Assembly: GCA_903878275.1 (NCBI GenBank)
Contig: CAIRHC010000010.1
Location: 1,604 to 65,603 of the forward strand
Source: Candidatus Vogelbacteria bacterium
GTDB lineage: Bacteria > Patescibacteriota > Minisyncoccia > Phycocordibacterales > XYD1-FULL-46-19
Direction: 5' to 3'
Length of the DNA: 64,000 nt
The position numbers and the translations under genes are program-made. Below the pieces are notes generated by a model. The model did not search any database and was not told the origin of the DNA. It saw nothing but the letters and a program-made list of their open reading frames with translations. Shown here piece after piece: positions 38,717 to 47,841 of the stretch (position 1 is its first letter; every line of letters begins with the position of its first letter).

Positions 38717-38825
38717 AGGCCATCACAGCCTGCCAAAAGGTGAAGATGTTTCTGGTGGGAAACATTTTGAGGTTGCCAGAGTAGTGGCGAGCGAAAAAGG
38801 CACCGATTCAGTGATGGCCTTTTTC
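38717..38825 (+). ncRNA. Candidate novel multibranch ncRNA (~108 nt)
   Basis: Perfect 10-bp closing stem AGGCCATCAC/GTGATGGCCT starting at the predicted +1; two internal hairpins; T tract. Confidence 0.6.
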
Positions 38826-38881
38826 TTTGCAAAAAATTTAAATCTTTGATAGAAATATCTTTGGGTAAGGAGAAAATATGA

Positions 38882-39105
38882 ATGCTGGTAGCCAGTAATC
38901 GTACAAGCTACGTAGGTTGGCCACAATATAGGGCACACGTGTCAGGTGGCTCCGCTAACTCTGACAAAAACCTCTTCGAGCAACAAGACAAGTTGGTATT
39001 AGCGACCAACAAAGCTCCGGCCGAACAGGATACCCCTGAAGATCTTTCGGAAGAGATCCTTCATTCTCCCCACCCCGCACCCAAGCGCCGTCTCCCACGG
39101 CGCTT
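38882..39105 (+). pseudogene. Possibly degraded SD-led ORFan
   Basis: AAGGAG site and hairpin AAGCGCCGT/ACGGCGCTT are present, but the ORF runs through the hairpin into the convergent gene. Confidence 0.3.
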
Positions 39106-39109
39106 TTTT

Positions 39110-39457
39110 TTATTTCTTAGCACTTTTAAATATCCAACCCAGCAGAGCATTAATGATTGCCAAGACAACACTAAATAATAAAGCGGTCCAAAAACTAGCC
39201 ACGGAAAAACCGGGAATAAACCATGCAACAAAAAGGACAAGCCCGGCATTAATAATAAAAGTAAAAAGACCGAGTGTCAGAATAGTTATCGGCAAAGTTA
39301 AAATAATCAAGATCGGTCGAAGGATAGCGTTGACTACACCGAGAGCCAAAGCGACCAGAAGTGCTGTGGTAAAACTAGCGATGTGAACACCGCTGATTAA
39401 ATAAGCGGCACAAAGAATTGCTAAAGTAGAGAGAAGCCAATTGATTAATATTTTCAT
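39110..39457 (-). CDS. Phage-holin-4/YvlD family membrane protein
   Basis: NAILRPIL..LTLPITILTLGLF..INA. Confidence 0.88.
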   Translation of the reverse strand: MKILINWLLSTLAILCAAYLISGVHIASFTTALLVALALGVVNAILRPILIILTLPITILTLGLFTFIINAGLVLFVAWFIPGFSVASFWTALLFSVVLAIINALLGWIFKSAKK

Positions 39458-39464
39458 AAAATAG

Positions 39465-39947
39465 TTAAATATTTAAAATTCTGAATAATGCGACACCAGC
39501 CGAAACGGAAACATTGAGCGACTCTTTGTCCCCGACCATTGGTATCTCCGCAATTATATCACATTTTTTTAAAATACTTTTTGGCAAACCATCTACTTCG
39601 TTACCAAAAATAAACGCGGTTTTATTTTCCAGTTTTATTTTTTTGTAATCGACAGAATTTTCCGCTTGCTCAACGGCGACAATAAAAAAGTTGTCTTTTT
39701 TTAATTTAGTTAAAAGTTTCGAGACACCTTCGATTTTTTCCCAAGCGATATTCTTCTCCGCGCCGAGTGCCGTCTTAGCAATTTGCTTGTCCACTCGCCC
39801 GAACTTATCCAAAGGTGCTGGCGTATAACCAGTTAAATAAATTTTTGAAATTCCACAAGCATCCGCCGTCCGAAAAATCGAACCGACGTTTAGTGAGCTT
39901 CGAATGTCCGGCAAAACTACAATTATCTCCTTATCCCCTTTTTCCAT
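39465..39947 (-). CDS. SpoU/TrmH family RNA methyltransferase
   Basis: NVGSIFRTADA, FGNEVDG, ESLNVSV. Confidence 0.92.
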   Translation of the reverse strand: MEKGDKEIIVVLPDIRSSLNVGSIFRTADACGISKIYLTGYTPAPLDKFGRVDKQIAKTALGAEKNIAWEKIEGVSKLLTKLKKDNFFIVAVEQAENSVDYKKIKLENKTAFIFGNEVDGLPKSILKKCDIIAEIPMVGDKESLNVSVSAGVALFRILNI

Positions 39948-40009
39948 AGTTTAATAAAAACATAAATACAAATAAATTAAAACCACCCACAAGGGATGGC
40001 TTTATCTTG

Positions 40010-40082
40010 TCCGCTCAGCAGGAATCGGACCTGCGACCGTCTCCTTAAAAGGGAGCTGCTCTACCAGCTGAGCTATGAGCGG
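40010..40082 (-). tRNA. tRNA-Lys(TTT)
   Basis: CCGCTCA/TGAGCGG acceptor stem, loop CTTTTAA, T-loop TCCGATT. Confidence 0.9.
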
Positions 40083-40117
40083 ATAACAAAAAAATAATAC
40101 CAGAAATCTAGTTATTT

Positions 40118-40876
40118 TCAAGCTTTAAGAATTATTTTCTCCAGCCCAAACTCAAATTCCTCGCTTCCCAAAAAAGTGGTATGGTATAAATCGAGGAAAC
40201 TCGCCGAAAGTTTTTTTAGTTCTTCGTTTGAAAAACCACGTGCCAAAAGTTTGGTTTTAGTCAAAACAAATGGTTTTAATTTTAAAGTTTTTTCATCTTT
40301 GGTATTTTTCACGACCAGTAAATTATTTACCTGCCAAATTAATTTCCATAAAATTTCTTCTGGTGCCACATTTTTCATCAACGCTTCTTGATACAAAGCC
40401 CAGGCGTGATTTTTATTTCTTGCAAAAAAGGCATCGATTAAAGAATAGACATTAAAGCCATCTGGTGACAATTTTGCCAAAAATTCCTGTGATTTACCTG
40501 CTTTTTTCTTTAATTCTTCAATTTCTTTATGTCTTTTCTCAATTTTTGCCTTGTCATCAAAAGACATCTGCCTGGTCACCTGCTCCTCGGTTTCCAAAAA
40601 AAGAAAAATATTATTGGAAGATTTAATGTCTGCCAGATTTTCCAAGATAAATTCTTTCGCTTCTTTTTCTTTAAGCAAGTTGTCACAAGACACAATAAAT
40701 TTCTGCGCAAAAAGTGTTTGACCAGAAACAAGTTCTCGCAAACTACTTTCAGAAAAATTTTCACCAGAAATTTTAAAAACTGATGAATCGTTATTTTTCG
40801 CCAAAAGTGCTTTGGTTAAACCTTGATGTTTATCGCGACATAAGTTTTTGTCTGTGCCATAAGTAAGAAAAATCAT
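40118..40876 (-). CDS. holA: DNA polymerase III delta subunit-like (shortened HolA)
   Basis: IFLTYG, QTLF, FNVYSLIDAF, collar-like C-terminus. Confidence 0.65.
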   Translation of the reverse strand: MIFLTYGTDKNLCRDKHQGLTKALLAKNNDSSVFKISGENFSESSLRELVSGQTLFAQKFIVSCDNLLKEKEAKEFILENLADIKSSNNIFLFLETEEQVTRQMSFDDKAKIEKRHKEIEELKKKAGKSQEFLAKLSPDGFNVYSLIDAFFARNKNHAWALYQEALMKNVAPEEILWKLIWQVNNLLVVKNTKDEKTLKLKPFVLTKTKLLARGFSNEELKKLSASFLDLYHTTFLGSEEFEFGLEKIILKA

Positions 40877-41679
40877 AATTCTATTTTAATACCAACTGGC
40901 GCATGGTCAGAACCCAAAACAGTGTCGTCAACAAAAGCCTCTTTAATATTTTTTTTCAGACTTTCGCTTACCATAAAATAATCAATCCGCCAACCGATAT
41001 TTCTAGCTCGCGCCATCATCCGATAACTCCACCAAGAATACTGAACCTTATCGCCATTTAACAAGCGAAAAGTATCAATCAAACCGTGTTTGATAAACTT
41101 ATCCATTCCCGCCCGCTCCTCTACCGTAAAACCCGGATTACCAATATTTTCCTTCGGTCGAGCCAAGTCAATTTCATGGTGAGCCACATTAAAATCACCA
41201 CAAGCCACGACTGGTTTTGTTTTTTCTAATTTTTTTATGTAATTAAGCCAAGTTTCATTAAATTCTTCTTTAAAACCAAGGCGAGTTAATTCGTGTCGAG
41301 CGTTTGGAAAATAAGTGTTAACTAAATAAAATTTTTCAAATTCTAAAGTCAAAACTCGACCCTCCTTGTCTTCAGAATACGAGGACAGTCCTCGTAATAT
41401 CTTTGCTTTATCACCAAAACCAAGAGAAACAGAGATTGGCTCAACTTTTGACAGAACCGCCGTACCACTATATCCCGCCTTCTCCGCCGGATGCCAATAT
41501 TCTTTATAGCCAGCAAAATCAAACTCCACTTTAGCTCGCGCTGAATCGTTTATTTTAATCTCTTGCAAACAAACAATATCTGGCTTCTCTTCCTTAAGCC
41601 ATTTAACAAAACCATTCTTTACCCCCGCCCGAATGCCATTTACATTCCAAGATATTATTTTTAAAGTTTTTACAGCCAT
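40873..41679 (-). CDS. xth: Exodeoxyribonuclease III
   Basis: SWNVNG, LQEIK, GDFNVAH, GWRIDY, GSDHAP. Confidence 0.96.
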   Translation of the reverse strand: MAVKTLKIISWNVNGIRAGVKNGFVKWLKEEKPDIVCLQEIKINDSARAKVEFDFAGYKEYWHPAEKAGYSGTAVLSKVEPISVSLGFGDKAKILRGLSSYSEDKEGRVLTLEFEKFYLVNTYFPNARHELTRLGFKEEFNETWLNYIKKLEKTKPVVACGDFNVAHHEIDLARPKENIGNPGFTVEERAGMDKFIKHGLIDTFRLLNGDKVQYSWWSYRMMARARNIGWRIDYFMVSESLKKNIKEAFVDDTVLGSDHAPVGIKIEL

Positions 41680-41690
41680 TTTATTGTATA

Positions 41691-42287
41691 TTACCGATAC
41701 TTTTTGAGTATAGCAAAATCTTTTTTTAAAATCTCAATCAAACTTCGGTTATAAATCGCCGCCGCCGGATGATAAAAAGGAATAATCAGGACGGAGCCGT
41801 AACTCGTTTTACCTTCAAAAACTTCGCCATGCAACTCACTAATTGGACGCAAGATATCACTTAAGCCAAATTTCTCCATAATATACCCCATTGAGTAGCG
41901 CCCAAGGGTGGCAATGATTTTGGGCTGAATAATATCGATTTGTCGATCTAAAAATGGTCCATAAACCGCAATTTCTTCTGGTAGTGGGTCACGATTATTT
42001 TGCGGGCGATCTTTAACGATATTTGTGATGTAAACATCGGAGCGATTAATCCCCACTCCAGCAAGCAGATCATCGAGAATCTTACCGGCCGACCCACAAA
42101 AGGGTCGGCCGGTTTTCGCTTCGTTCCGCCCCGGCGCCTCACCAATAAAAACAATTTTAGCTTCGTGACTTCCCTCGCCAATCACCGGAAAATATTTATT
42201 TGTCGTCCGAAATAAATACAAAGGAGATTCTTTTAAAACAAGAACCTCCTCTTTAATTTCTTTTAAGAGCCTATCTCGTTCGGTCAT
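41691..42287 (-). CDS. Uracil-DNA glycosylase (family 4-like)
   Basis: GEAPG..E..GRPF, NIVKDRP..NRDP, YHPAA. Confidence 0.92.
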   Translation of the reverse strand: MTERDRLLKEIKEEVLVLKESPLYLFRTTNKYFPVIGEGSHEAKIVFIGEAPGRNEAKTGRPFCGSAGKILDDLLAGVGINRSDVYITNIVKDRPQNNRDPLPEEIAVYGPFLDRQIDIIQPKIIATLGRYSMGYIMEKFGLSDILRPISELHGEVFEGKTSYGSVLIIPFYHPAAAIYNRSLIEILKKDFAILKKYR

Positions 42288-42302
42288 TTCGAATATTTAA
42301 AA

Positions 42303-42839
42303 TTATTCCACGTCTTTACTCTCCAGCTCACTTTCGCCACTAACGATTTCTTCTTTCTCTTTAGTTTTTTTAGATCCAACCTTTTTTTCTCCCCAAGCTT
42401 GCAAAAAATCTCGCTCAATTATCCACATAATAGTGAAGACAAAAATTGTTAATCCGGTTACGAAAATCGCTAAAGCGTAAAGCTCAAAACCACAAGCAAT
42501 ACCGATGCCAGCATCAACCCAAATACCAGCGGCGGTCGTAATTCCAAACAAGTGGTTACCTTTAAAAAACACCAACCCAGCACCAAGAAAACCCACTCCA
42601 ACAACCACCTGCGATGCCATCCGCAAGGGATCAAAGTTTGACAAACCGGCATATTGAAAAGCCACTAAACGAGAAATTATAACAAAAAGAGCAGAGCCCA
42701 TACTAACCAGGGCGTAAGTCCGCATCCCAGCAAGCTTACCAGCGATATTTCTTTCTAAGCCCAAGATCAAACCCAAAACCATTGCTAAAATTAAACCCAA
42801 AAAAACCGACGAGTAATCTATTTGTGTAATGAGATTCAT
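42303..42839 (-). CDS. MgtC/SapB family membrane protein
   Basis: GLER, AGMRT, DPLR, GVGFLGAG, GITTAA. Confidence 0.92.
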   Translation of the reverse strand: MNLITQIDYSSVFLGLILAMVLGLILGLERNIAGKLAGMRTYALVSMGSALFVIISRLVAFQYAGLSNFDPLRMASQVVVGVGFLGAGLVFFKGNHLFGITTAAGIWVDAGIGIACGFELYALAIFVTGLTIFVFTIMWIIERDFLQAWGEKKVGSKKTKEKEEIVSGESELESKDVE

Positions 42840-42961
42840 AGATAATATATTTTTATTAAATAATAACTTGTCTTACATTATACAGTAAAAAAATAAACCA
42901 AACAAAAATACCTCCAAACTTCGAAAGCAAGAGGTATTTTTTGTTTCAGCAAAATCTAAAA

Positions 42962-43273
42962 TTACTGAACAGTTGGAACAGGAGCAATTGGAGTTCCAAC
43001 AGGAACTGTGTTCCCAGAGACAGGAGGAACTGGGGTTCCAACAGGATTTCCAGAAGCGTCTAGAAGTTGTGTTGTTTCAGGGGCAACTGGAGTTCCAACG
43101 GGATTTCCAGAAGCATCTAATGGAATTGGGGCTGGGGCAACACCACCATCAGTGGTGATAGTGCCTTCTGTAGTTGCGGGAACAGAGACATCAGTTGAAC
43201 TTTTTGAGGTGTACCAAACCACGCCAACAATAATCAAGACTATAATAACTGCAACAATGATATAATTTTTCAT
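42962..43273 (-). CDS. Membrane-anchored Pro/Thr-rich protein with repeats
   Basis: N-terminal TM segment; LDASGNPVGTPV twice at a 57-bp period. Confidence 0.75.
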   Translation of the reverse strand: MKNYIIVAVIIVLIIVGVVWYTSKSSTDVSVPATTEGTITTDGGVAPAPIPLDASGNPVGTPVAPETTQLLDASGNPVGTPVPPVSGNTVPVGTPIAPVPTVQ

Positions 43274-43404
43274 AGAAAATCAAAATTTGGGTTAATCTTC
43301 GACCTTTATTTTGGTTGCAAAATCTAATTGCAAACACATAATAACCTTTGGCTATCAATAAATCAAGTTTTATAGATTGTGGACAACTCGCAGATTAATA
43401 TTTA

Positions 43405-44112
43405 TTATTTTTGTCCAGAGATAATAAAAAATGGTGAGTAATTTATTTCATCAACCCAAGGATGTTCCCTCCCGATCGCCAGTATTTCCTTAATTTTTAC
43501 ATTACCAAAACCGGCTTTTTCAAAAAAATGTCGATAGTTGCTTTGTGACCAAAAATAATCGGCAATCCGGATATTATCATCCCATTTTAAAATACTACCC
43601 ACTTTATCCCCAGATTTAAGATCATCCACTTTGTCTAGCTTAAAAGACAAAAATTCATGACCATTACTCTTATCCCAATTGACATTGAGTACAAAAAGTT
43701 GCCCGCCCGGTTTCAGCAAACGAAAAACTTCTTTAAAAATTTGCTCAACAATAGACTTTTCCGAAATCGTACAAATGACAAAATTCATCACTACAAAATC
43801 AAAAGAGTTGTCGCTCAACAATGGTAGTTGGTTATTCTTAACAATGACATAGTTTATTTTGTCGGCAAAATTTTTATCTATTTTCTTTTCCGCTTCTTCA
43901 ATCATACTTTCAGAAATATCCGCGCCGAGGACACTCGCCCCTTTTCCGACAAGCTGTCGAGAAAAATCTCCGCTACCACAGCCGTAATCCAAAACTCTTT
44001 TGCCTTTTATCTCCCCCATCAAATCAATAAGTTTGTCATAGCCAAGAACCTGATCGGTAATCGATTTGTTTTTATAACCTTTAAATTGTTCTGATAGTAA
44101 ATTAAAATCCAT
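43405..44112 (-). CDS. Class I SAM-dependent methyltransferase
   Basis: VLDYGCGSG, FDFVV, LKPGG. Confidence 0.9.
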   Translation of the reverse strand: MDFNLLSEQFKGYKNKSITDQVLGYDKLIDLMGEIKGKRVLDYGCGSGDFSRQLVGKGASVLGADISESMIEEAEKKIDKNFADKINYVIVKNNQLPLLSDNSFDFVVMNFVICTISEKSIVEQIFKEVFRLLKPGGQLFVLNVNWDKSNGHEFLSFKLDKVDDLKSGDKVGSILKWDDNIRIADYFWSQSNYRHFFEKAGFGNVKIKEILAIGREHPWVDEINYSPFFIISGQK

Positions 44113-44163
44113 CTGTTAATTTTACTATAAAGTAATAGTGATTGGGAAATTTTCCGAAGTGGA

Positions 44164-46554
44164 TTAATCCAAATCGCCCCAACTTTTTCCCTGCTTAAAA
44201 CTCACTCGAATTGGCACGGGAAATTCGACGGCATTTTCCATCGCTTGTTTAATTATTTTTTCCGCTTTTTCCTCCGCACCATCTTTCACTTCGTAAATTA
44301 ATTCATCGTGAACCTGCAAAAGCAACGAAATATCGCTATTCAAACCAGTTTTGTTTAAATCTTGATCCGCCTTAATCATCGCCATTTTAATAATATCAGC
44401 CGCTGTCCCCTGTAGCGGCGCGTTCATCGCCATCCGCTCGGCTCCAGCCCGAATTTGCGGTAAATAAGATTTTAGCGCTTCAATATATCGTCGCCGGCCA
44501 AATAAAGTTTCGGTATATCCGGTTTTTTTCGCTTCAGCCACCACGTCGTCAAAATATTTTTTTATCGTCGGAAACGTAGCAAAATAGTTGTCGTAAAATT
44601 TTTGGGCTTCATCGCGAGTTGTACCAAGATTGGCTTTCAAAGCATTCACACCCATTCCATAAATAATGCCGAAATTGATAACCTTGGCTTTGCGACGCAT
44701 TTCTTTTGTCACTTCTGATTCTGGCACGCCAAACACTCGACTTGCCACCGAACTATGAATATCTTTGTCTTCCTTAAAAATTTTTACCAAATCAGAATCT
44801 TGCGACAGTGCCGCCAAAACCCGTAATTCAATTTGGGAATAATCAAACGCTAAAAATTTAAAACCGGTACGCGACACAAAAGCCTGCCGAATTGCCATTC
44901 CCAGACCTTCACGGGCTGGAATGTTTTGTAAATTGGGATTGCTCGAAGACATTCGCCCGGTCGTCGTCCCCGCCTGATTTAACGTCGAGTGCAAAGCCCC
45001 GTCATCGCCAAGCATCGCCGGCAAATTATCAATATAGGTCGATAAAAGTTTTTGTAATTCCCGATAATCTAAAATCAAATCAATCACCGGATGAGCGCCT
45101 TTAAGTTTTTGTAATTCTGATTCTTTGGTCGAACGAGCGCCACCAGCCGTTTTTTTAAAACCTTTGACGGTCAGTTGTAATTTATCAAAAATTATTTCGC
45201 CGAGCTGTTTCGGCGAGTTAAGATTAAAAGTCTCACCGACCAATTCATAAATCTGATTTTCAATCTTAGTCAATTTTTGGTGATAATCTTTTGATAGTTT
45301 TTTTAGATAAGCAGTGTCAATCAAAATCCCCCGCTCTTTGGCACGCGCCAAAATCGAAATCAAAGGCAATTCAATATTTTCATAAACGCCGCGCAGTCCA
45401 CGCTTATCAAGCTCCGCCATAATTTTCGTTTGAGCTTCATTAAACTTTTCTGTCCCGGCAAAATTTTTAATATCTTCCAAATCGGGTGAAACCTTATCAG
45501 AATTTACGAGCCACAAAGCAATGGCAGTTTTTTGTAATTCAAATTCGTCAATTTTTTCATCTGACACAACTTTATTTTCACTTAACAATTCGCCTTGTTT
45601 CGCCACCGGCACCGAAATCAAATTTTTTGCCCGACCAATTAAACTCCGAAAATCTAGTTCGTTAAATAATTTTTCCACTTTCGCTAAGTCAAAATTGTTT
45701 TGCCAATTATCATCCGGCAAAGAAAATTCCACTGGTGCGTCATGCCGAATCGTGGCTAAAGTTTTAGAAAAATTGGCTTCTTCTTCATTATTTTTTAATA
45801 ATTCAATAATTCTCGGTTTAATCCCTTTTTCAATTAAAACTTTTTCGTTTTTCTTTATTTGTTTGTAAATATTTTCAATCGAACCAAATTCTTGGATCAA
45901 AGTCGTGGCTGTTTTTTCACCTATTCCCGCCACACCCATAATATTATCTGACGGATCACCGCGCAAACCTTTGTAGTCTGCCACGAGCGCCGGGGCGAAG
46001 CCATATCGTTCAAACACGGCTTTTTCATCATAAGTCACCGTGTCATTTAAACCTTTTTTTAGAGTATAGACCACAACCTTATTGTCTTTTACTAATTGCA
46101 AAGTATCCATATCGCCAGAAGCGATAATGATTTGCAAATCTTCCCGCCTCGAGGAGGTCGGGCAAGTCTCTTTTTTTAATTGCTCCACCAAAGTCCCAAT
46201 AATATCATCCGCTTCAAAACCCGCCGAATCAAAAATCGGGATCCCAAAAGCCGTAAAAATATCACGTGAGCGGATAAGTTGGGCAATCAAGACTTCTTCG
46301 GTTTTTGGTCGATTAGCTTTGTAATTTTCATACACCTGTTTACGAAAAGTGGTTTCTGCCCGATCATAACAAGCCACCAGATAGTCCGGTTTCAATTCAC
46401 CAATAATTCGCATTAGCATTGTTGATACACCATACAAACCACCAGTCGGTTCACCTTTGCTCGAAGAAAAATCTGGCATCGCGTGGTACGCCCGATGAAT
46501 TATCGCATGAGCATCAAATAGTACGATTTTTTTTACGGTTTTTACTTTTGCCAT
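44164..46554 (-). CDS. polA: DNA polymerase I (5'-3' exonuclease plus polymerase, no 3'-5' exonuclease domain)
   Basis: EADD, GDPSDN, DYSQIELR, KVINFGIIYG, QVHDE; only ~796 aa. Confidence 0.95.
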   Translation of the reverse strand: MAKVKTVKKIVLFDAHAIIHRAYHAMPDFSSSKGEPTGGLYGVSTMLMRIIGELKPDYLVACYDRAETTFRKQVYENYKANRPKTEEVLIAQLIRSRDIFTAFGIPIFDSAGFEADDIIGTLVEQLKKETCPTSSRREDLQIIIASGDMDTLQLVKDNKVVVYTLKKGLNDTVTYDEKAVFERYGFAPALVADYKGLRGDPSDNIMGVAGIGEKTATTLIQEFGSIENIYKQIKKNEKVLIEKGIKPRIIELLKNNEEEANFSKTLATIRHDAPVEFSLPDDNWQNNFDLAKVEKLFNELDFRSLIGRAKNLISVPVAKQGELLSENKVVSDEKIDEFELQKTAIALWLVNSDKVSPDLEDIKNFAGTEKFNEAQTKIMAELDKRGLRGVYENIELPLISILARAKERGILIDTAYLKKLSKDYHQKLTKIENQIYELVGETFNLNSPKQLGEIIFDKLQLTVKGFKKTAGGARSTKESELQKLKGAHPVIDLILDYRELQKLLSTYIDNLPAMLGDDGALHSTLNQAGTTTGRMSSSNPNLQNIPAREGLGMAIRQAFVSRTGFKFLAFDYSQIELRVLAALSQDSDLVKIFKEDKDIHSSVASRVFGVPESEVTKEMRRKAKVINFGIIYGMGVNALKANLGTTRDEAQKFYDNYFATFPTIKKYFDDVVAEAKKTGYTETLFGRRRYIEALKSYLPQIRAGAERMAMNAPLQGTAADIIKMAMIKADQDLNKTGLNSDISLLLQVHDELIYEVKDGAEEKAEKIIKQAMENAVEFPVPIRVSFKQGKSWGDLD

Positions 46555-46624
46555 CAAATTAAGTATAACTCATTATTAAAAACAGAACAGCTGACACTAA
46601 AATAAGACAGGGATCGTCTTAAAA

Positions 46625-47077
46625 CTAATTAACGATTATTTCTCGAGTTTGTTCGTCAATAAACTTAAACTGCAAAATTTTAAATTCTGGTTGCCAAATA
46701 TCAGCAATAATTTCTGGCCATTCAACCAAAATCAAGTTATTTGGGTCTGCAATAATTTCCACCCAATCAAGACGTAGCAAGTCACTGCCATCTTTTAAAC
46801 GATACGCATCAATATGAATAATTTCGCGGAAATAATCCGCCCCGTCCTTTGGCGGGGCGGTTATTTTATATTTTTTTTCAATCACAAAAGTCGGGCTAGT
46901 TACCGAGATTTTAATCCCTAAATTTTTTACCACCAGTTTAGTAAAAGCAGTTTTACCAGCACCCAAATCACCCTTTAGCCCGACAACAGTCGCTTTATCC
47001 TCTTTTTTCAAGCCAGCCAAAAAATCTTGGGCAACCTTTTCTGTTTCGGCTAAGTTATGACAAGTGTATTTCTTCAT
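46625..47077 (-). CDS. tsaE: t6A biosynthesis ATPase TsaE
   Basis: GDLGAGKT, SPTF, HIDAYRL, VEW. Confidence 0.94.
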   Translation of the reverse strand: MKKYTCHNLAETEKVAQDFLAGLKKEDKATVVGLKGDLGAGKTAFTKLVVKNLGIKISVTSPTFVIEKKYKITAPPKDGADYFREIIHIDAYRLKDGSDLLRLDWVEIIADPNNLILVEWPEIIADIWQPEFKILQFKFIDEQTREIIVN

Positions 47078-47247
47078 TAACCCTGTTAAATATAAATTTG
47101 ATTATTAATACTCAAATTTAACCACAAAAATTTTGTTTAACAAAATTTTTGTGGTTATTAAACAGGGCAAGTATTAGCATTTTTTTGCAAACTAATAGCC
47201 CAAGGAACGAATCCCTTGGGCTAAGTAAAAAACAAAAGAACAAATTC

Positions 47248-47841
47248 TTATCGGCGATGGTCGCCGTGCCCCTGCCCACCAACTTGGTGGTTTTGGTGGT
47301 TTCCGCCACCTCCACCATTTTGCCGGTGGTTTTGGCTGGAGCGGTTTTGCGCGTCACGCCGGGCTTGGTCAGCCCGGTTTTGTGCGTCGCGCATTTGCTG
47401 GTCTGCGCGATTTTGGGCGTCGCGGACCATTTGGTCAGCCCGGTTTTGTGCGTCGCGCTGGGCTTGTTCACGACGATTTCGCTCGTCGCGATAAGCTTGT
47501 TCGTGACGAAGCTGTTCGTCACGACGCTGCTGTTCGCAACGCAACTGGTAGTCGCGATCAGGCACTTCCGTGTAAACCGGAACCGGTGTTACAACGACTG
47601 GGTCGCTGTAAACAACTTCCCGCCGAACAACAACCGGTGATGACTGCTGAACAATGACAGGTGTCCGTTCAACAATCACCGGCGGATTAATGATCGCCGA
47701 GGTGATTACCGCAGCTCCCAAAACCCCCAATCCCACACCGACCGCGATGTCGCGGTCTTTATGTCCATGACCAGCTTCTGCACTTGTCGCAAAAACCAGC
47801 GCCAACGCAATAAAAACAACAATGAATAAATTACTCTTCAT
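47248..47841 (-). CDS. Secreted low-complexity protein with 11-aa tandem repeats
   Basis: Signal peptide (AEA), glycine zipper, PV-rich segment, RDAQNRADQxx repeats. Confidence 0.75.
   Translation of the reverse strand: MKSNLFIVVFIALALVFATSAEAGHGHKDRDIAVGVGLGVLGAAVITSAIINPPVIVERTPVIVQQSSPVVVRREVVYSDPVVVTPVPVYTEVPDRDYQLRCEQQRRDEQLRHEQAYRDERNRREQAQRDAQNRADQMVRDAQNRADQQMRDAQNRADQARRDAQNRSSQNHRQNGGGGGNHQNHQVGGQGHGDHRR

Noticed and set aside
39110-39457. Holin-family gene as a sign of a prophage
   Set aside because: YvlD-type proteins are common chromosomal genes, and there are no phage structural, integrase or lysin genes nearby.
47118-47657. Overlapping ORFs 47149..47640 (+), 47382..47657 (+) and 47118..47522 (-); possible CRISPR array
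   Set aside because: Stop-poor alternative frames of a GC-rich coding repeat. The repeats are contiguous 33-bp units with synonymous changes and no unique spacers.
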